Part shown: positions 1-9,569 of the stretch, piece by piece
Numbering within the stretch: position 1 is the stretch's first letter
How the letters are laid out: each line of letters begins with the position of its first letter
Assembly (NCBI RefSeq): GCF_046289755.1
Contig: NZ_JBKBVD010000010.1
Span: 12,597-76,596, forward strand
Direction of reading: 5' to 3'
From: Paracoccus sp. (in: a-proteobacteria)
GTDB lineage: Bacteria > Pseudomonadota > Alphaproteobacteria > Rhodobacterales > Rhodobacteraceae
Length of the DNA stretch: 64,000 bases
Made by a program: the position numbers and the translations under genes
Notes under the pieces: model-generated
What the model was told of the DNA's origin: nothing
What the model saw: only the letters and a program-made list of their open reading frames with translations
Database searches by the model: none

Positions 1-2
1 TC

Positions 3-497
3 ACCGCCAGCGTGCTGACGGGCCGGCTGGCGCAGCTGGCGCAGGCCGGGGTGGTGGATCACGACGCGCGCCTTGGCCTTTACGCGCTGACCGATACCGG
101 GCGCGGCCTGCTGCCGGTGCTGGAGGCGTTGTGCCGGTGGGCGCTGACGGTGCCGGGCCATGATCCGGGGCGCTTTATCAGCCCCTCGGCGCTGATGATC
201 TCGATGGGAGTGACCCTGATGCGGGACGCGGCGCAGGGGCACGAGGCGCGGGCGGGGTTCGATTTCGGCAACGAGACCTTCGAGATGCGGCTGGCCGGGG
301 GACAGCTGCAGACCCGCCCGGTCGCACGGTCCGATGCGCCCTTTGTGCTGTCGGGCAGCGGCAATACGCTGGCGATTGCGGTCTATGGCGCGGTGCCACT
401 GGCCGATCTGGTCGTGGCTAGCGGGGTCGGGCTGCGCGGCGATATGGCGGCGGCTGCGGATTTTCTGCGCCTGTTCCGGCTGGCGCCGCAGGGGTGA
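3..497 (+). CDS. HxlR-family winged-helix regulator with C-terminal SCP2-like domain (5' truncated by window edge)
   Basis: Frame open from base 3; LTGRLAQLAQAGVV...YALTDTGRGLLPVLEALCRWA is the HxlR C-terminal wing/helix; the remainder resembles an SCP2/alkyl-sulfatase C-terminal fold. Confidence 0.7.
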   Translation, partial: TASVLTGRLAQLAQAGVVDHDARLGLYALTDTGRGLLPVLEALCRWALTVPGHDPGRFISPSALMISMGVTLMRDAAQGHEARAGFDFGNETFEMRLAGGQLQTRPVARSDAPFVLSGSGNTLAIAVYGAVPLADLVVASGVGLRGDMAAAADFLRLFRLAPQG

Positions 498-540
498 TTG
501 CCTATGCTCGGGGGTCTGAGGGCCACGAGATGAGACGCAG

Positions 541-1803
541 ATGAGCACCCCCCACCCCGATCCCCGCCGCTTTCTGACCGGCCTCTTCGAGGCCGCCGTC
601 GCGGCCGCCGATCCCCGGCAGGCGCTGGCCGCGCATCTGCCCGAGATGCCGCAGGGGCGTACCGTCGTCATCGGCGCGGGCAAGGGCGCGGCCCAGCTTG
701 CCCGCGCCTTCGAGGATCTGTGGCCAGGCCCCTGTTCGGGTGTGGTCGTGACCCGCTACGGATATGCCTGTCCCACGCGCCGGATCCGGGTGCTGGAGGC
801 CGCGCATCCGGTGCCCGATGCCGCCGGGCTGGTCGCCGCGCAGGCGCTGATGGCGGCAGTCTCGGGGCTGGGGCCGCAGGATCTGGTGGTGGCGCTGATC
901 TGCGGCGGCGGCTCGGCGCTGCTGCCGATGCCTGCCGGGGGGCTGACGCTTGACGATGAGGCGGATCTGAACCGGGTGCTGCTGGCCTCGGGCGCGCCGA
1001 TCGGGGGGATGAACGCGATCCGCAAGCAGTTTTCGGCCATCAAGGGCGGGCGGCTGGCGCTGGCGGCGCATCCGGCGCGGGTGGTCACGCTGGTCGTGTC
1101 GGACGTGCCGGGCGACGATCCGGCGCAGGTCGCATCCGGCCCGACGCTGGCCGATGCCACCACCCGCGAAGATGCGCGCCAGATGCTGCGCGACTATCGC
1201 ATCGACCTGCCGCCCCGGCTGCACGACCATCTGGCGGGCGAGGGGGCGCCCGCGCCGCTGCCCGATGATCCGCGCCTTGCAGGCCACCGGCACAGCGTCA
1301 TCGCCTCGGCCCGCCTGTCGCTGGAGGCAGCGGCTCAGGCGTCCGGGATGCCGGCGGCGATCCTGTCCGACAGCGTCGAGGGCGAGGCCGCCGATGTGGG
1401 TCGCGTCCACGCCGCCATCCTGCGCGAGATTGCCACGCGTGACCGGCCTTTCCGGCGCCCGGTGCTGCTGTTGTCGGGGGGCGAGACCACGGTCAGCATC
1501 CGCGATGGTTGCGGCAAAGGCGGGCGCAACAGCGAGTTTCTGCTGGCGCTGGCGCTGGCCGCCGAGGGGTGCCGCTTTCACGCGCTGGCCGCCGATACCG
1601 ACGGCATCGACGGGTCCGAGGCGAATGCGGGTGCCTTTGCCGATGGGACCACGGCGGCGCGGCTGCGCGCGCTTGGCCTGTCGCCGCGCGCGCTGCTGGC
1701 GGGGCATGACAGCTGGACCGCGTTCGACGCGCTTGGCGATCTGTTCCAGCCCGGCCCCACAGGCACGAATGTCAACGATTTCAGGGCTGTTCTGCTGGGC
1801 TGA
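541..1803 (+). CDS. Glycerate kinase type 2 (MOFRL family, TtuD-like)
   Basis: GAGKGAA, LICGGGSAL, VSDVPGDDPAQVASGPT, GGETTV, GGRNSE, DTDGIDG, TGTNVND motifs. Confidence 0.9.
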   Translation: MSTPHPDPRRFLTGLFEAAVAAADPRQALAAHLPEMPQGRTVVIGAGKGAAQLARAFEDLWPGPCSGVVVTRYGYACPTRRIRVLEAAHPVPDAAGLVAAQALMAAVSGLGPQDLVVALICGGGSALLPMPAGGLTLDDEADLNRVLLASGAPIGGMNAIRKQFSAIKGGRLALAAHPARVVTLVVSDVPGDDPAQVASGPTLADATTREDARQMLRDYRIDLPPRLHDHLAGEGAPAPLPDDPRLAGHRHSVIASARLSLEAAAQASGMPAAILSDSVEGEAADVGRVHAAILREIATRDRPFRRPVLLLSGGETTVSIRDGCGKGGRNSEFLLALALAAEGCRFHALAADTDGIDGSEANAGAFADGTTAARLRALGLSPRALLAGHDSWTAFDALGDLFQPGPTGTNVNDFRAVLLG

Positions 1804-2839
1804 GGGCGGGTTGATCCAGTGCGGCCTGCCATTCCGACAGCAGGCCCGCACGGCGCAGCCGGTCGCCATAGACCAGCAGGCCTGCATCCAGCCGGATCGG
1901 GCGCAATTGCGGGGCGGGGTCGGGGCCAGTGCCCTCGATCAGCGCCACGCCGCTGGCCCCGGCGATCAGTTCCTGCGCCGGGGGCGACAGCAGATAGGAC
2001 AGGAACCGCTCGCCGCCTTCGGGATCGGGCGCGTTCACCGGCAGGAAGGCGGACCGGATGATGGCCAGAATATAGTCATCCACAGCGATCTGAATCAGAT
2101 CGGGATCGTCGGGCCGGTAGCGCGCGGCATAGCTTGCGACCACATTATAGACCACCGACAGCTCGCCCGCGCGCAGATCGTCGATCATCTCACCCCAGCA
2201 GCAATACAGCTGCGCGTTCAGCCGCCCCATCACCTCGGCCAGCCGCCAGAACCCGTCCGAGACCTGATCGTCCTGCGACACGAGGAAATACCCCACGCCC
2301 GAGATCTGCGGATCATAGCTGCCGATCCGGCCCTGAAAGCGGTCGGGATGGGCGCGCAGGGTGGCGATCAGCTCGCGCCGCGTGCGCGGAATGGGCAGGC
2401 CCGCAAAGGCGCTGCGCGAGGCCAGCGTCACGACCGGCTCCAGCGCGATGCCCCATAGCTGATCGCGCCAGCGCGCCCAGTCGGGCAGACCGGCCGCCGG
2501 GGGCATGACCGGCGCGGCAAAGCCGTCATTCACCAGCCGCATCTGCAGATCCATCGCGGATGAGATGACCAGATCGAACCGCGCCCCCTCTTCGGCGATC
2601 GCCCGGTAGATCTGGGTCGACGACGCCTGCACATAGCGGATCGCATGACCCGGATGACGGGCCACGAAGTCCTCCAGCACCGGGGCAAAGGCCTGCATGT
2701 CGGTGGTCGACAGAACCGCGATACGGGGCGCGTCGTCGGGGCCAAAGACACGCTCGGCCTCGATTTCATAGCCATGGCCGGGGGCCGCAAGGGCCAGCGT
2801 CGCGGCGATCAGGCCAGCGGCAAGCTGAGCAAGGCGCAT
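1781..2839 (-). CDS. Periplasmic substrate-binding protein (AfuA/PgtC-like), co-operonic with the two-component system
   Basis: Signal peptide MRLAQLAAGLIAATLALAAPG; SSAMDLQMRLVNDG, YDPQISGVG, YNVVASYA; start overlaps sensor-kinase stop. Confidence 0.8.
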   Translation of the reverse strand: MRLAQLAAGLIAATLALAAPGHGYEIEAERVFGPDDAPRIAVLSTTDMQAFAPVLEDFVARHPGHAIRYVQASSTQIYRAIAEEGARFDLVISSAMDLQMRLVNDGFAAPVMPPAAGLPDWARWRDQLWGIALEPVVTLASRSAFAGLPIPRTRRELIATLRAHPDRFQGRIGSYDPQISGVGYFLVSQDDQVSDGFWRLAEVMGRLNAQLYCCWGEMIDDLRAGELSVVYNVVASYAARYRPDDPDLIQIAVDDYILAIIRSAFLPVNAPDPEGGERFLSYLLSPPAQELIAGASGVALIEGTGPDPAPQLRPIRLDAGLLVYGDRLRRAGLLSEWQAALDQPALSPAEQP

Positions 2840-4218
2840 GTTCCCCCCTCGGGTCGCGGGACCAGTTGAAAGCGGCCGCGATGGGCGGCGGCGACTTCGG
2901 ACACGATGGTCAGGCCCAGACCCGAGCCCGCCACATCACCGACATTGTCGCCCCTGCGGAACCGGGTGACAAGCAGCGCCGGATCGCCCGCCAGCCCGCG
3001 CCCGTCGTCGCGCAGGCTCAGCACGGCCTTGCCACCCGTCTGCGACAGGTCCAGCGCGATCACGCCCTCGGCGCGCGAATATTTCACGGCGTTGTCCAGA
3101 ATGTTGCGCAGGGCAATCTCCAGCATCCGCTCATCTCCGACGACGGGGCAGGGCGCGTCCAGCCCGGTTGCGGTGATGGTGATGTCGCGCATCTCGGCCA
3201 GAGGCTGCACCGCGCGCAGGACGGAGGCCGTCAGCACGCTCAGGTCCATGGCTGCTGCGTCGAACTGGTCGGTGCGATACATCACCATCGCATGATCCAG
3301 GATCTGGCTGGCCGAGCGGCTGCTTTCCCCGATGGCGCGCACCATGCGCCGCAGGCGGGTGCGGGTGGCCTCGTCTTGCGTTTCGGCCAGCGCCAGTTCC
3401 GCCTCGGTGCGCACCAGCGACAGGGGCGTGCGGATGCGGTGCGCGGCCTCGAAGATGAAGGTCTCGGCCAGATCGAGGGCGGCGCGCAGGCGCGCGATCA
3501 GCCCGTTCACGGATCGCAGCAAGGGCGCCAGTTCGCGCGGGGTGGGGTGGCGCACGGGCGACAGATCACGCGGGCCGCGCGCCGCGACCACCTGCGCCAG
3601 CCGCTGCACCGGCGCCAGCACCGCCTGCGCCGCCAGCAGCGCCACCGGCAGCGCCAGCGCCAGAAACCCCAGCGCCACCCAGGTCGCACCCAAAGCCGTC
3701 TCGCGCGCGATCGCGGCCTGCCCCTGCCGCGTCTGGCCAAGGATCACGGTCACCGGCGCGATGCGACCGTCGATCAGCATGGGCCGCGCGACCGCCGCAA
3801 GACGCAGTGCCGCGCCCTGATAGCTGTCGCCCCAGAACACCGGCGCCAGTCCCAAGGGCGGCTGTGGCGGCGGCGGCAGGCCCTCATAGCCGGTCACCAC
3901 CTGCCCGCCGACAAGCACGGCGTAAAAGATCCGCTCGTCCCCCATCGCGCCCAGCATCGAGAATGTCGCATAGGGCAGGTTCAGCTCCAGCCCCTCATCG
4001 ACGCTGCGCACGCCTTCGGCGATGGCGGTCACGGCAGCCCCCAGCACCGCATCCTGCGACGCGCGCGAGGCACGCTCGGCCACCCAGCCCACGGTCACGA
4101 ACAGCCCCGCGACCAGCAGCGTGGACAGGACCAGAAACTGCCAGACCAGACGCCGGCGCAGCGACCGGATGCGCGCAGGCTCCATCGCGCGGCGCAGGGC
4201 ACGGGTCGCGGCGCTCAT
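2809..4218 (-). CDS. tctE: Sensor histidine kinase, TctE-like
   Basis: Two TM segments; H-box EAAHRIRTPL, N-box NILDNAVKY, DDGRG, GSGLGLTIV; divergent from tctCBA. Confidence 0.85.
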   Translation of the reverse strand: MSAATRALRRAMEPARIRSLRRRLVWQFLVLSTLLVAGLFVTVGWVAERASRASQDAVLGAAVTAIAEGVRSVDEGLELNLPYATFSMLGAMGDERIFYAVLVGGQVVTGYEGLPPPPQPPLGLAPVFWGDSYQGAALRLAAVARPMLIDGRIAPVTVILGQTRQGQAAIARETALGATWVALGFLALALPVALLAAQAVLAPVQRLAQVVAARGPRDLSPVRHPTPRELAPLLRSVNGLIARLRAALDLAETFIFEAAHRIRTPLSLVRTEAELALAETQDEATRTRLRRMVRAIGESSRSASQILDHAMVMYRTDQFDAAAMDLSVLTASVLRAVQPLAEMRDITITATGLDAPCPVVGDERMLEIALRNILDNAVKYSRAEGVIALDLSQTGGKAVLSLRDDGRGLAGDPALLVTRFRRGDNVGDVAGSGLGLTIVSEVAAAHRGRFQLVPRPEGGTCALLSLPLA

Positions 4219-4880
4219 TCCGGGGTCAGCCGGTAGCCCACGCCGCGCAGCGTCTCGATCCGCGCGCCCGAGCCGTCCAGCTTGCGGCGCAACCGGCCCA
4301 CATAGACCTCGATCGCATTGTCGCTGACCTCTTCGTCGAAGGAAAACAGCCGGTCGATCAGATGCGATTTGGAATAGGCCTGACCGGGGCGCGACAGCAG
4401 GATTTCCAGCAGCCGCAATTCGCGCGCCCGCAATTCGCGGGTCTCGCCTGCCACGGTCACGCAGGCGGCCAGCGCGTCAAAGGTGAAGCCCGCGAAATGA
4501 CGGCGGCTGTCGGCGGCCCCCGCATGGCGGCGCAGAACGGCGCGGCAGCGGGCCTGCAATTCGGCGAAATCGAAGGGTTTGGTGATGTAATCGTCCGCCC
4601 CCTGATCCAGCGTGCCGACCCGGTCACTGACCGAGGCAGAGGCCGTCATCATGATCACCGGCGTGTCGCGTCGCGCGGCCCGTTCGCGCACCAGAAAGTC
4701 GCGACCGTCCCCGTCAGGCAAGGAAATATCAAGCAGGATCAGGTCGTAAGGCACGCTTTCCAGAAACAGCCGCGCATCGGCCAGCGTGGCGGCATGGTCC
4801 ACGCCATGCCCCTCTATCGCCAGCCGCGATGCGACGGCCTGTGCCAGTTCTGCGCTGTCTTCGACCAGTAAAAATCGCAT
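4215..4880 (-). CDS. tctD: OmpR-family response regulator, TctD-like
   Basis: LLVED, LDISLPDGDG, GADDYITKPF, VYVGRLRRKL, ETLRGVGY. Confidence 0.88.
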   Translation of the reverse strand: MRFLLVEDSAELAQAVASRLAIEGHGVDHAATLADARLFLESVPYDLILLDISLPDGDGRDFLVRERAARRDTPVIMMTASASVSDRVGTLDQGADDYITKPFDFAELQARCRAVLRRHAGAADSRRHFAGFTFDALAACVTVAGETRELRARELRLLEILLSRPGQAYSKSHLIDRLFSFDEEVSDNAIEVYVGRLRRKLDGSGARIETLRGVGYRLTPE

Positions 4881-4903
4881 CTGCCGGGTTTTTCGTCAGT
4901 CCG

Positions 4904-4919
4904 TGACAGGTTCGTGTCA
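4904..4919. promoter_or_regulatory. Inverted repeat TGACA-N6-TGTCA in the tctD/tctC divergent promoter (candidate TctD site)
   Basis: tgaca ggttcg tgtca read directly; the assignment to TctD is inference from position. Confidence 0.4.
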
Positions 4920-4985
4920 GCTTTTCACCAAATGCTGTGCCCCGCAAGCCCGCCATATCCCGTGCGGGCAGTCTGGGAGGACAGC

Positions 4986-5945
4986 ATGAAAAAATGGACC
5001 CGTGCAGCCGTGGCTGCACTGACGATGAGCGTCGCGACCCCGGCCTTGTCCGCCGAATGTATCGCACCGGCAAACCCCGGCGGTGGCTGGGACTTTACCT
5101 GCCGCCAGATCGGCCGGATCATGACCGAACTGGGGCTGGTCCCGAACATGGTGCAGGTGACCAACCTTGCCGGCGCGGGCGGCGGCGTGGCCTATACGCA
5201 GGTCGTCAGCAAGCGCGGCAGCGATCCGGAGGTGTTCGTGGCGGCATCCTCGGCCACCACGACCCGTCTGGCGCAGAACGCATTTGCCGGTGCGACCGCC
5301 GATCAGGTGCGGTGGGTCGGCTCGATCGGTGGCGATCCCGGCGTGATCGTCGTGGCGCAGAACAGCCCGTTCCAGTCGCTGACCGATCTGGTCGAGGCGG
5401 TGAAGGCCGATCCGGGCAGCGTGGCCTTTGCGGGCGGGTCCGCCGTGGGCGGGTTCGACCATCTCAAGGTGCTGATGACGATGGACAAGGCAGGCTTTGG
5501 CGATGCCCGCGCGATCAAGTATATCGGCCTTGACGGCGGTGCCGACGCGATCACCCAGACCGTCGGCGGGTTCGCGCAGGCGATGACCGGCGATCTGTCG
5601 GAAATCACCGGCTTTATCCGCTCGGGCGATGTGCGCCCCATCGCGGTTCTGTCGGAAAACCGCGTCACGGGTTTTGACGATGTGCCGACAGCCAAGGAAC
5701 AGGGCGTGGACATCGTGGCGATGAACTGGCGCGGCGTCTATGTGCCCAAGGACATCAGCGACGAAGACTATCAGAAATGGGTCGACATGCTGCGCCAGGT
5801 CGGGGAATCCGAGCAGTGGCAGTCGGTGATGGCCGAGAATGGTCTGGAATCCTACGCCCTGTTTGGCGAGGAATTCGAGACCTTCGTGAATGACAACATT
5901 GCCGAGGTGCAGGACATCTCGCGCGAGATCGGTCTGATCCAATGA
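4986..5945 (+). CDS. tctC: Tripartite tricarboxylate transporter substrate-binding protein TctC
   Basis: PANPGGGWDFTCR, NLAGAGGG, GGSAVGGFDH, NWRG; start at MKKW after GGGAGG RBS. Confidence 0.92.
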   Translation: MKKWTRAAVAALTMSVATPALSAECIAPANPGGGWDFTCRQIGRIMTELGLVPNMVQVTNLAGAGGGVAYTQVVSKRGSDPEVFVAASSATTTRLAQNAFAGATADQVRWVGSIGGDPGVIVVAQNSPFQSLTDLVEAVKADPGSVAFAGGSAVGGFDHLKVLMTMDKAGFGDARAIKYIGLDGGADAITQTVGGFAQAMTGDLSEITGFIRSGDVRPIAVLSENRVTGFDDVPTAKEQGVDIVAMNWRGVYVPKDISDEDYQKWVDMLRQVGESEQWQSVMAENGLESYALFGEEFETFVNDNIAEVQDISREIGLIQ

Positions 5946-6385
5946 TCAGAGGCGACCGCATCTTCGGAGCGTTCATGCTGGTCGTGGCGTTGGGGTATAT
6001 CCTCAGCGCCCGCAGCATCGCGACAAGCTTCATGTCCGATCCCGTCGGGCCGCGGGTGTTTCCCTATCTGGTCGCTGCGGTCGTCATCATCTCGGCGCTG
6101 GTGATGATCCTGCGCCCCGACCCCGACGAGGAATGGCCCGCAGGCCCGATGGTGGGCCAGCTTGGTCTCGCGCTGGTTGTGCTGGCGGGCTATTCGCAGG
6201 CGATCAGCCCGCTTGGCTTCCTGATCCCCACGACTGTCGTGGCGGGTATCCTCAGCTGGCAGATCGGCGGCAATCCGATGCGCTCGGCCCTGACGGGGCT
6301 GGGGCTGTCGGTGGGCCTGTTCGTGCTGTTCCGTATCATCCTGGGACTGGGCCTGCGCGGCCTGCCCGAAGGCATGGGGTTCTAG
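5942..6385 (+). CDS. tctB: TTT small membrane subunit TctB
   Basis: Four hydrophobic helices, DPVGPRVFP, LGFLIPT; ATGA overlap with tctC. Confidence 0.88.
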   Translation: MIRGDRIFGAFMLVVALGYILSARSIATSFMSDPVGPRVFPYLVAAVVIISALVMILRPDPDEEWPAGPMVGQLGLALVVLAGYSQAISPLGFLIPTTVVAGILSWQIGGNPMRSALTGLGLSVGLFVLFRIILGLGLRGLPEGMGF

Positions 6386-6389
6386 ATCA

Positions 6390-7919
6390 ATGGAAACACT
6401 AGCCAATCTGGCGATGGGATTTTCCATCGCCCTGACGCCCTATACCCTGATGCTGGCGATCATCGGCTGTTTCGTGGGCACGATCATCGGCGCGCTGCCG
6501 GGCCTTGGTCCGTCGAACGGCGTGGCGCTGCTGATCCCGATCTCGTTCTCGATGGGGCTGGACGCGATCTCGGCGCTGGTGCTGCTGACCTCGGTCTATT
6601 ACGGCGCGATGTATGGCGGGCGGATCAGTTCGATCCTGCTGAACATTCCGGGCGATGAGCCTGCGATGATGACGACGCTGGACGGCTATCCCATGGCCAA
6701 GCAAGGGAAGGCCGCTGAGGCGCTGGTCGTGTCGGGCGTGGCGTCCTTTGTGGGCGCGATGCTGGCCACGATCGGGCTGATGATCTTTGCGCCCTATCTG
6801 GCGCGGGTGGCCTATCAGTTCGGCCCGGCCGAGTATTTTGCCCTCTATATGCTGGCCTTCTGCACGCTTGGCGGGATCGGGTCCAGCAATCAGGCCAAGG
6901 CCGCCATGGCCGCCGCCATCGGTCTGGGCATTGCCATGATCGGCATGGACAAGACCACCGGCATGCCGCGCTTTACCTTTGGCGAGCTGCACCTGATGGA
7001 CGGGGTCGATTTCCTTGTCGCCATCGTCGGTCTGTTCGCGGTGGCCGAGGTGTTCCACTTTATCGAAAGCCACGGCAAGAACAGCGCCATCGGCGTCAAG
7101 CTGGGCAAGATCCTTGTCCCGTGGAAGATGCTGAAGCAAACGACCGGCGCCATGCTGCGCGGCACCGGTATCGGCTTTGTGGCGGGTGTTCTGCCCGGCG
7201 CGGGCGCATCGCTTGGTTCGTTTCTGGCCTATATGGCCGAGAAATCGGTCGCCAAGGACAAGGACAAGGCATCGTTCGGCAAGGGCAACCCCCGCGGCGT
7301 CGCAGCGCCCGAGGCAGGCAATAACGCCGCAGCCGGTGGCGCGCTGGTGCCGATGCTGACGCTTGGCGTGCCGGGCTCGGGCACGACCGCCGTGCTGCTG
7401 GCGCTGCTGCTGACGCTGAACATCACGCCCGGTCCGCTGCTGTTCGCCGAGCGCCCCGAGGTGGTGTGGTCGCTGATCGCGTCGCTGCTGATTGCCAACG
7501 TCGTGCTGCTGGTGATGAACGTTCCGATGGTCAAGGTGTTCGTGCGGATCCTGTCGGTGCCCGCATGGGTGCTGCTGCCGGGCGTGACGATGATCGCCTT
7601 TGTGGGGATCTATTCGCTGACCGGCTCCAGCTTTGACATGCTGCTGATGGTGGGTTTCGGCGTTCTGGGCTATGTCATGCGCAAGCTGGGCATTCCCACG
7701 GTCCCGGTGATCCTGGGCATCCTGCTGGGCAACGCGATGGAGGACAACCTGCGTCGTGCCATGGTGCTGTCGAACGGCGAGTGGTCCTATCTGCTGTCCT
7801 CGCCCATCGCTATCGGCTTGTGGGTCGCGGCGATTGTTGGTTTTGTCGCGCCGATCTTCCTGCGGCGCATTCTGAAGAAACCCGCGGTCCCCCACGACCC
7901 GACCCTGAACGAGGACTGA
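6390..7919 (+). CDS. tctA: TTT large permease TctA
   Basis: GALPGLGPSNGVALL, YYGAMYGG, NIPGDE, GVAAPEAGNNA, LTLGVPGS. Confidence 0.95.
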   Translation: METLANLAMGFSIALTPYTLMLAIIGCFVGTIIGALPGLGPSNGVALLIPISFSMGLDAISALVLLTSVYYGAMYGGRISSILLNIPGDEPAMMTTLDGYPMAKQGKAAEALVVSGVASFVGAMLATIGLMIFAPYLARVAYQFGPAEYFALYMLAFCTLGGIGSSNQAKAAMAAAIGLGIAMIGMDKTTGMPRFTFGELHLMDGVDFLVAIVGLFAVAEVFHFIESHGKNSAIGVKLGKILVPWKMLKQTTGAMLRGTGIGFVAGVLPGAGASLGSFLAYMAEKSVAKDKDKASFGKGNPRGVAAPEAGNNAAAGGALVPMLTLGVPGSGTTAVLLALLLTLNITPGPLLFAERPEVVWSLIASLLIANVVLLVMNVPMVKVFVRILSVPAWVLLPGVTMIAFVGIYSLTGSSFDMLLMVGFGVLGYVMRKLGIPTVPVILGILLGNAMEDNLRRAMVLSNGEWSYLLSSPIAIGLWVAAIVGFVAPIFLRRILKKPAVPHDPTLNED

Positions 7920-7920
7920 C

Positions 7921-9270
7921 ATGGCCACACGCGTATTGGTGCCCTCGGGCGTTCTGGGTCTCGGCTTTGACGCACAGGCGCTGGCACGCGGGGTGGCGAT
8001 GTCGCCCGACATCATCTGCATCGACGGAGGGTCCACCGACAGTGGGCCCTTCAGCCTTGGCGCGGGGGTGTCGAAATATTCCCGCGCCGCAACGAAATCG
8101 GAATGGCGCGCGCTGATGCTGGCCCGTGCGCAGGCCGGGGTGCCACTGGTCATCGGCACGGCGGGCACCTGCGGCACCGACAGCACCGTGGACTGGATGT
8201 TCGATCTGACGGTCGAGCTTGCGGCCGAGCTGGGCCAGTCCCTGTGCGTCGCACGGCTCTATTCCAGCCAGCCCGTGGCGCGTCTGGCCGAGGCGCAGGC
8301 CGGGGGCCGCATCGCACCCCTGACGCCCGCGCCCGAATTCCGGCTGGATGACCTGACCAATATCGTCGCACTGGCCGGGGCCGAGCAGATCCACGCCGCA
8401 CTGGCCACCGGCGCCGACATCATCATCGCGGGCCGCACCACCGACACCGCCACCATCGCCGCATTGCCGCTGTCGCGCGGCGCCCATCCCGGCGGCTGCT
8501 GGCATGGCGCCAAGATCGCCGAATGCGGGGCGCTGTGTTCGACCAACCCGACCTCGGGCGTGATCATGGTCGATTTCGACGCGGCGGGGTTCACCGTGAC
8601 CCCGCTGGCCGAGACCGCGCGCTGCACGCCGCATTCGGTCAGCGCGCATATGCTCTATGAGAATTCGGACCCGTTCCGCCTGTACGAGCCCGGCGGTTAT
8701 CTGGATGTGACCGCCGCGCGCTATGCCGCGCTGGACGATCGTCGCGTGCGGGTCGAGGGGTCCGAATGGGTGCCCGGCCCCTATACGGTCAAGCTGGAGG
8801 GCGCGCGGATCGCGGGCTATCAGACCACCATTCTGGCGATCCTGCGCAATGCCCATTACGCCGGGAATGCGCGCGCATGGGTCACGCGCCTGACCGGCTT
8901 TCTGCATGCCGAGATCGCGCGCCGGATGGGTCTGACGCAGGACGCCTACAGCATCGAATTTCGTCTGATCGGCGTCGATGGCGCGCTTGGGGGCCTTGAG
9001 AACCGCACGGGCGATCCCGTCGAGGTGGGCGTTCTGGGCATCGTCACCGCCCGCACGCAGGCCGAAGCTGCCGAAATCGGCAAGCTGATCAACCCGTTTG
9101 TGTTGCATTACCCGCTGACCGATGACGAGGAACTGCCGACCTTCGCATTTCCCTATTCCCCCGCGACCACCGATCGCGGCCCCTTGTATGAATTCGCGCT
9201 GAACCATGTGATGCAGCTCGACGATCCCATGTCGGCCTTCCGCCTGACCGTGACCGAGGTGACCCCATGA
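7921..9270 (+). CDS. AtuA-family (DUF1446) protein
   Basis: PSGVLGLG, DGGSTDSGP, GTAGTCG, GRTTDTA, WHGAKIAECGALC, HMLYENSDP. Confidence 0.85.
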   Translation: MATRVLVPSGVLGLGFDAQALARGVAMSPDIICIDGGSTDSGPFSLGAGVSKYSRAATKSEWRALMLARAQAGVPLVIGTAGTCGTDSTVDWMFDLTVELAAELGQSLCVARLYSSQPVARLAEAQAGGRIAPLTPAPEFRLDDLTNIVALAGAEQIHAALATGADIIIAGRTTDTATIAALPLSRGAHPGGCWHGAKIAECGALCSTNPTSGVIMVDFDAAGFTVTPLAETARCTPHSVSAHMLYENSDPFRLYEPGGYLDVTAARYAALDDRRVRVEGSEWVPGPYTVKLEGARIAGYQTTILAILRNAHYAGNARAWVTRLTGFLHAEIARRMGLTQDAYSIEFRLIGVDGALGGLENRTGDPVEVGVLGIVTARTQAEAAEIGKLINPFVLHYPLTDDEELPTFAFPYSPATTDRGPLYEFALNHVMQLDDPMSAFRLTVTEVTP

Positions 9271-9569
9271 CCACGCTTGGCGATCTTGTCCTGAAGGTGC
9301 GGTCCAAGAATGCCGGGCCGTTCTGGGTGACCATCGACGTGTTCTGCGACGAACCGGCGATCTTCCAGCGCCTGACACGCGATCTGACCAGCGACCGCGT
9401 GGCCGCGCTGTTCCACGTCGCGCCCCAGACGCTGAAGCGCTTTGACATTGCCGGTCTGCGGGTGATCAAGTTCAGCCTGCCGCGCCCGGTCGTGCAGGGA
9501 TCGGCCGCCGACCGCGACATGCACGGCGCCCAATATGCCGCCCTGCTGGAAGAGATGACGATTGACTAA
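9267..9569 (+). CDS. DUF4387 (AtuA-associated small protein)
   Basis: VRSKNAGPFWVTID and DMHGAQY motifs; ATGA overlap with upstream AtuA-like gene. Confidence 0.8.
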   Translation: MTTLGDLVLKVRSKNAGPFWVTIDVFCDEPAIFQRLTRDLTSDRVAALFHVAPQTLKRFDIAGLRVIKFSLPRPVVQGSAADRDMHGAQYAALLEEMTID

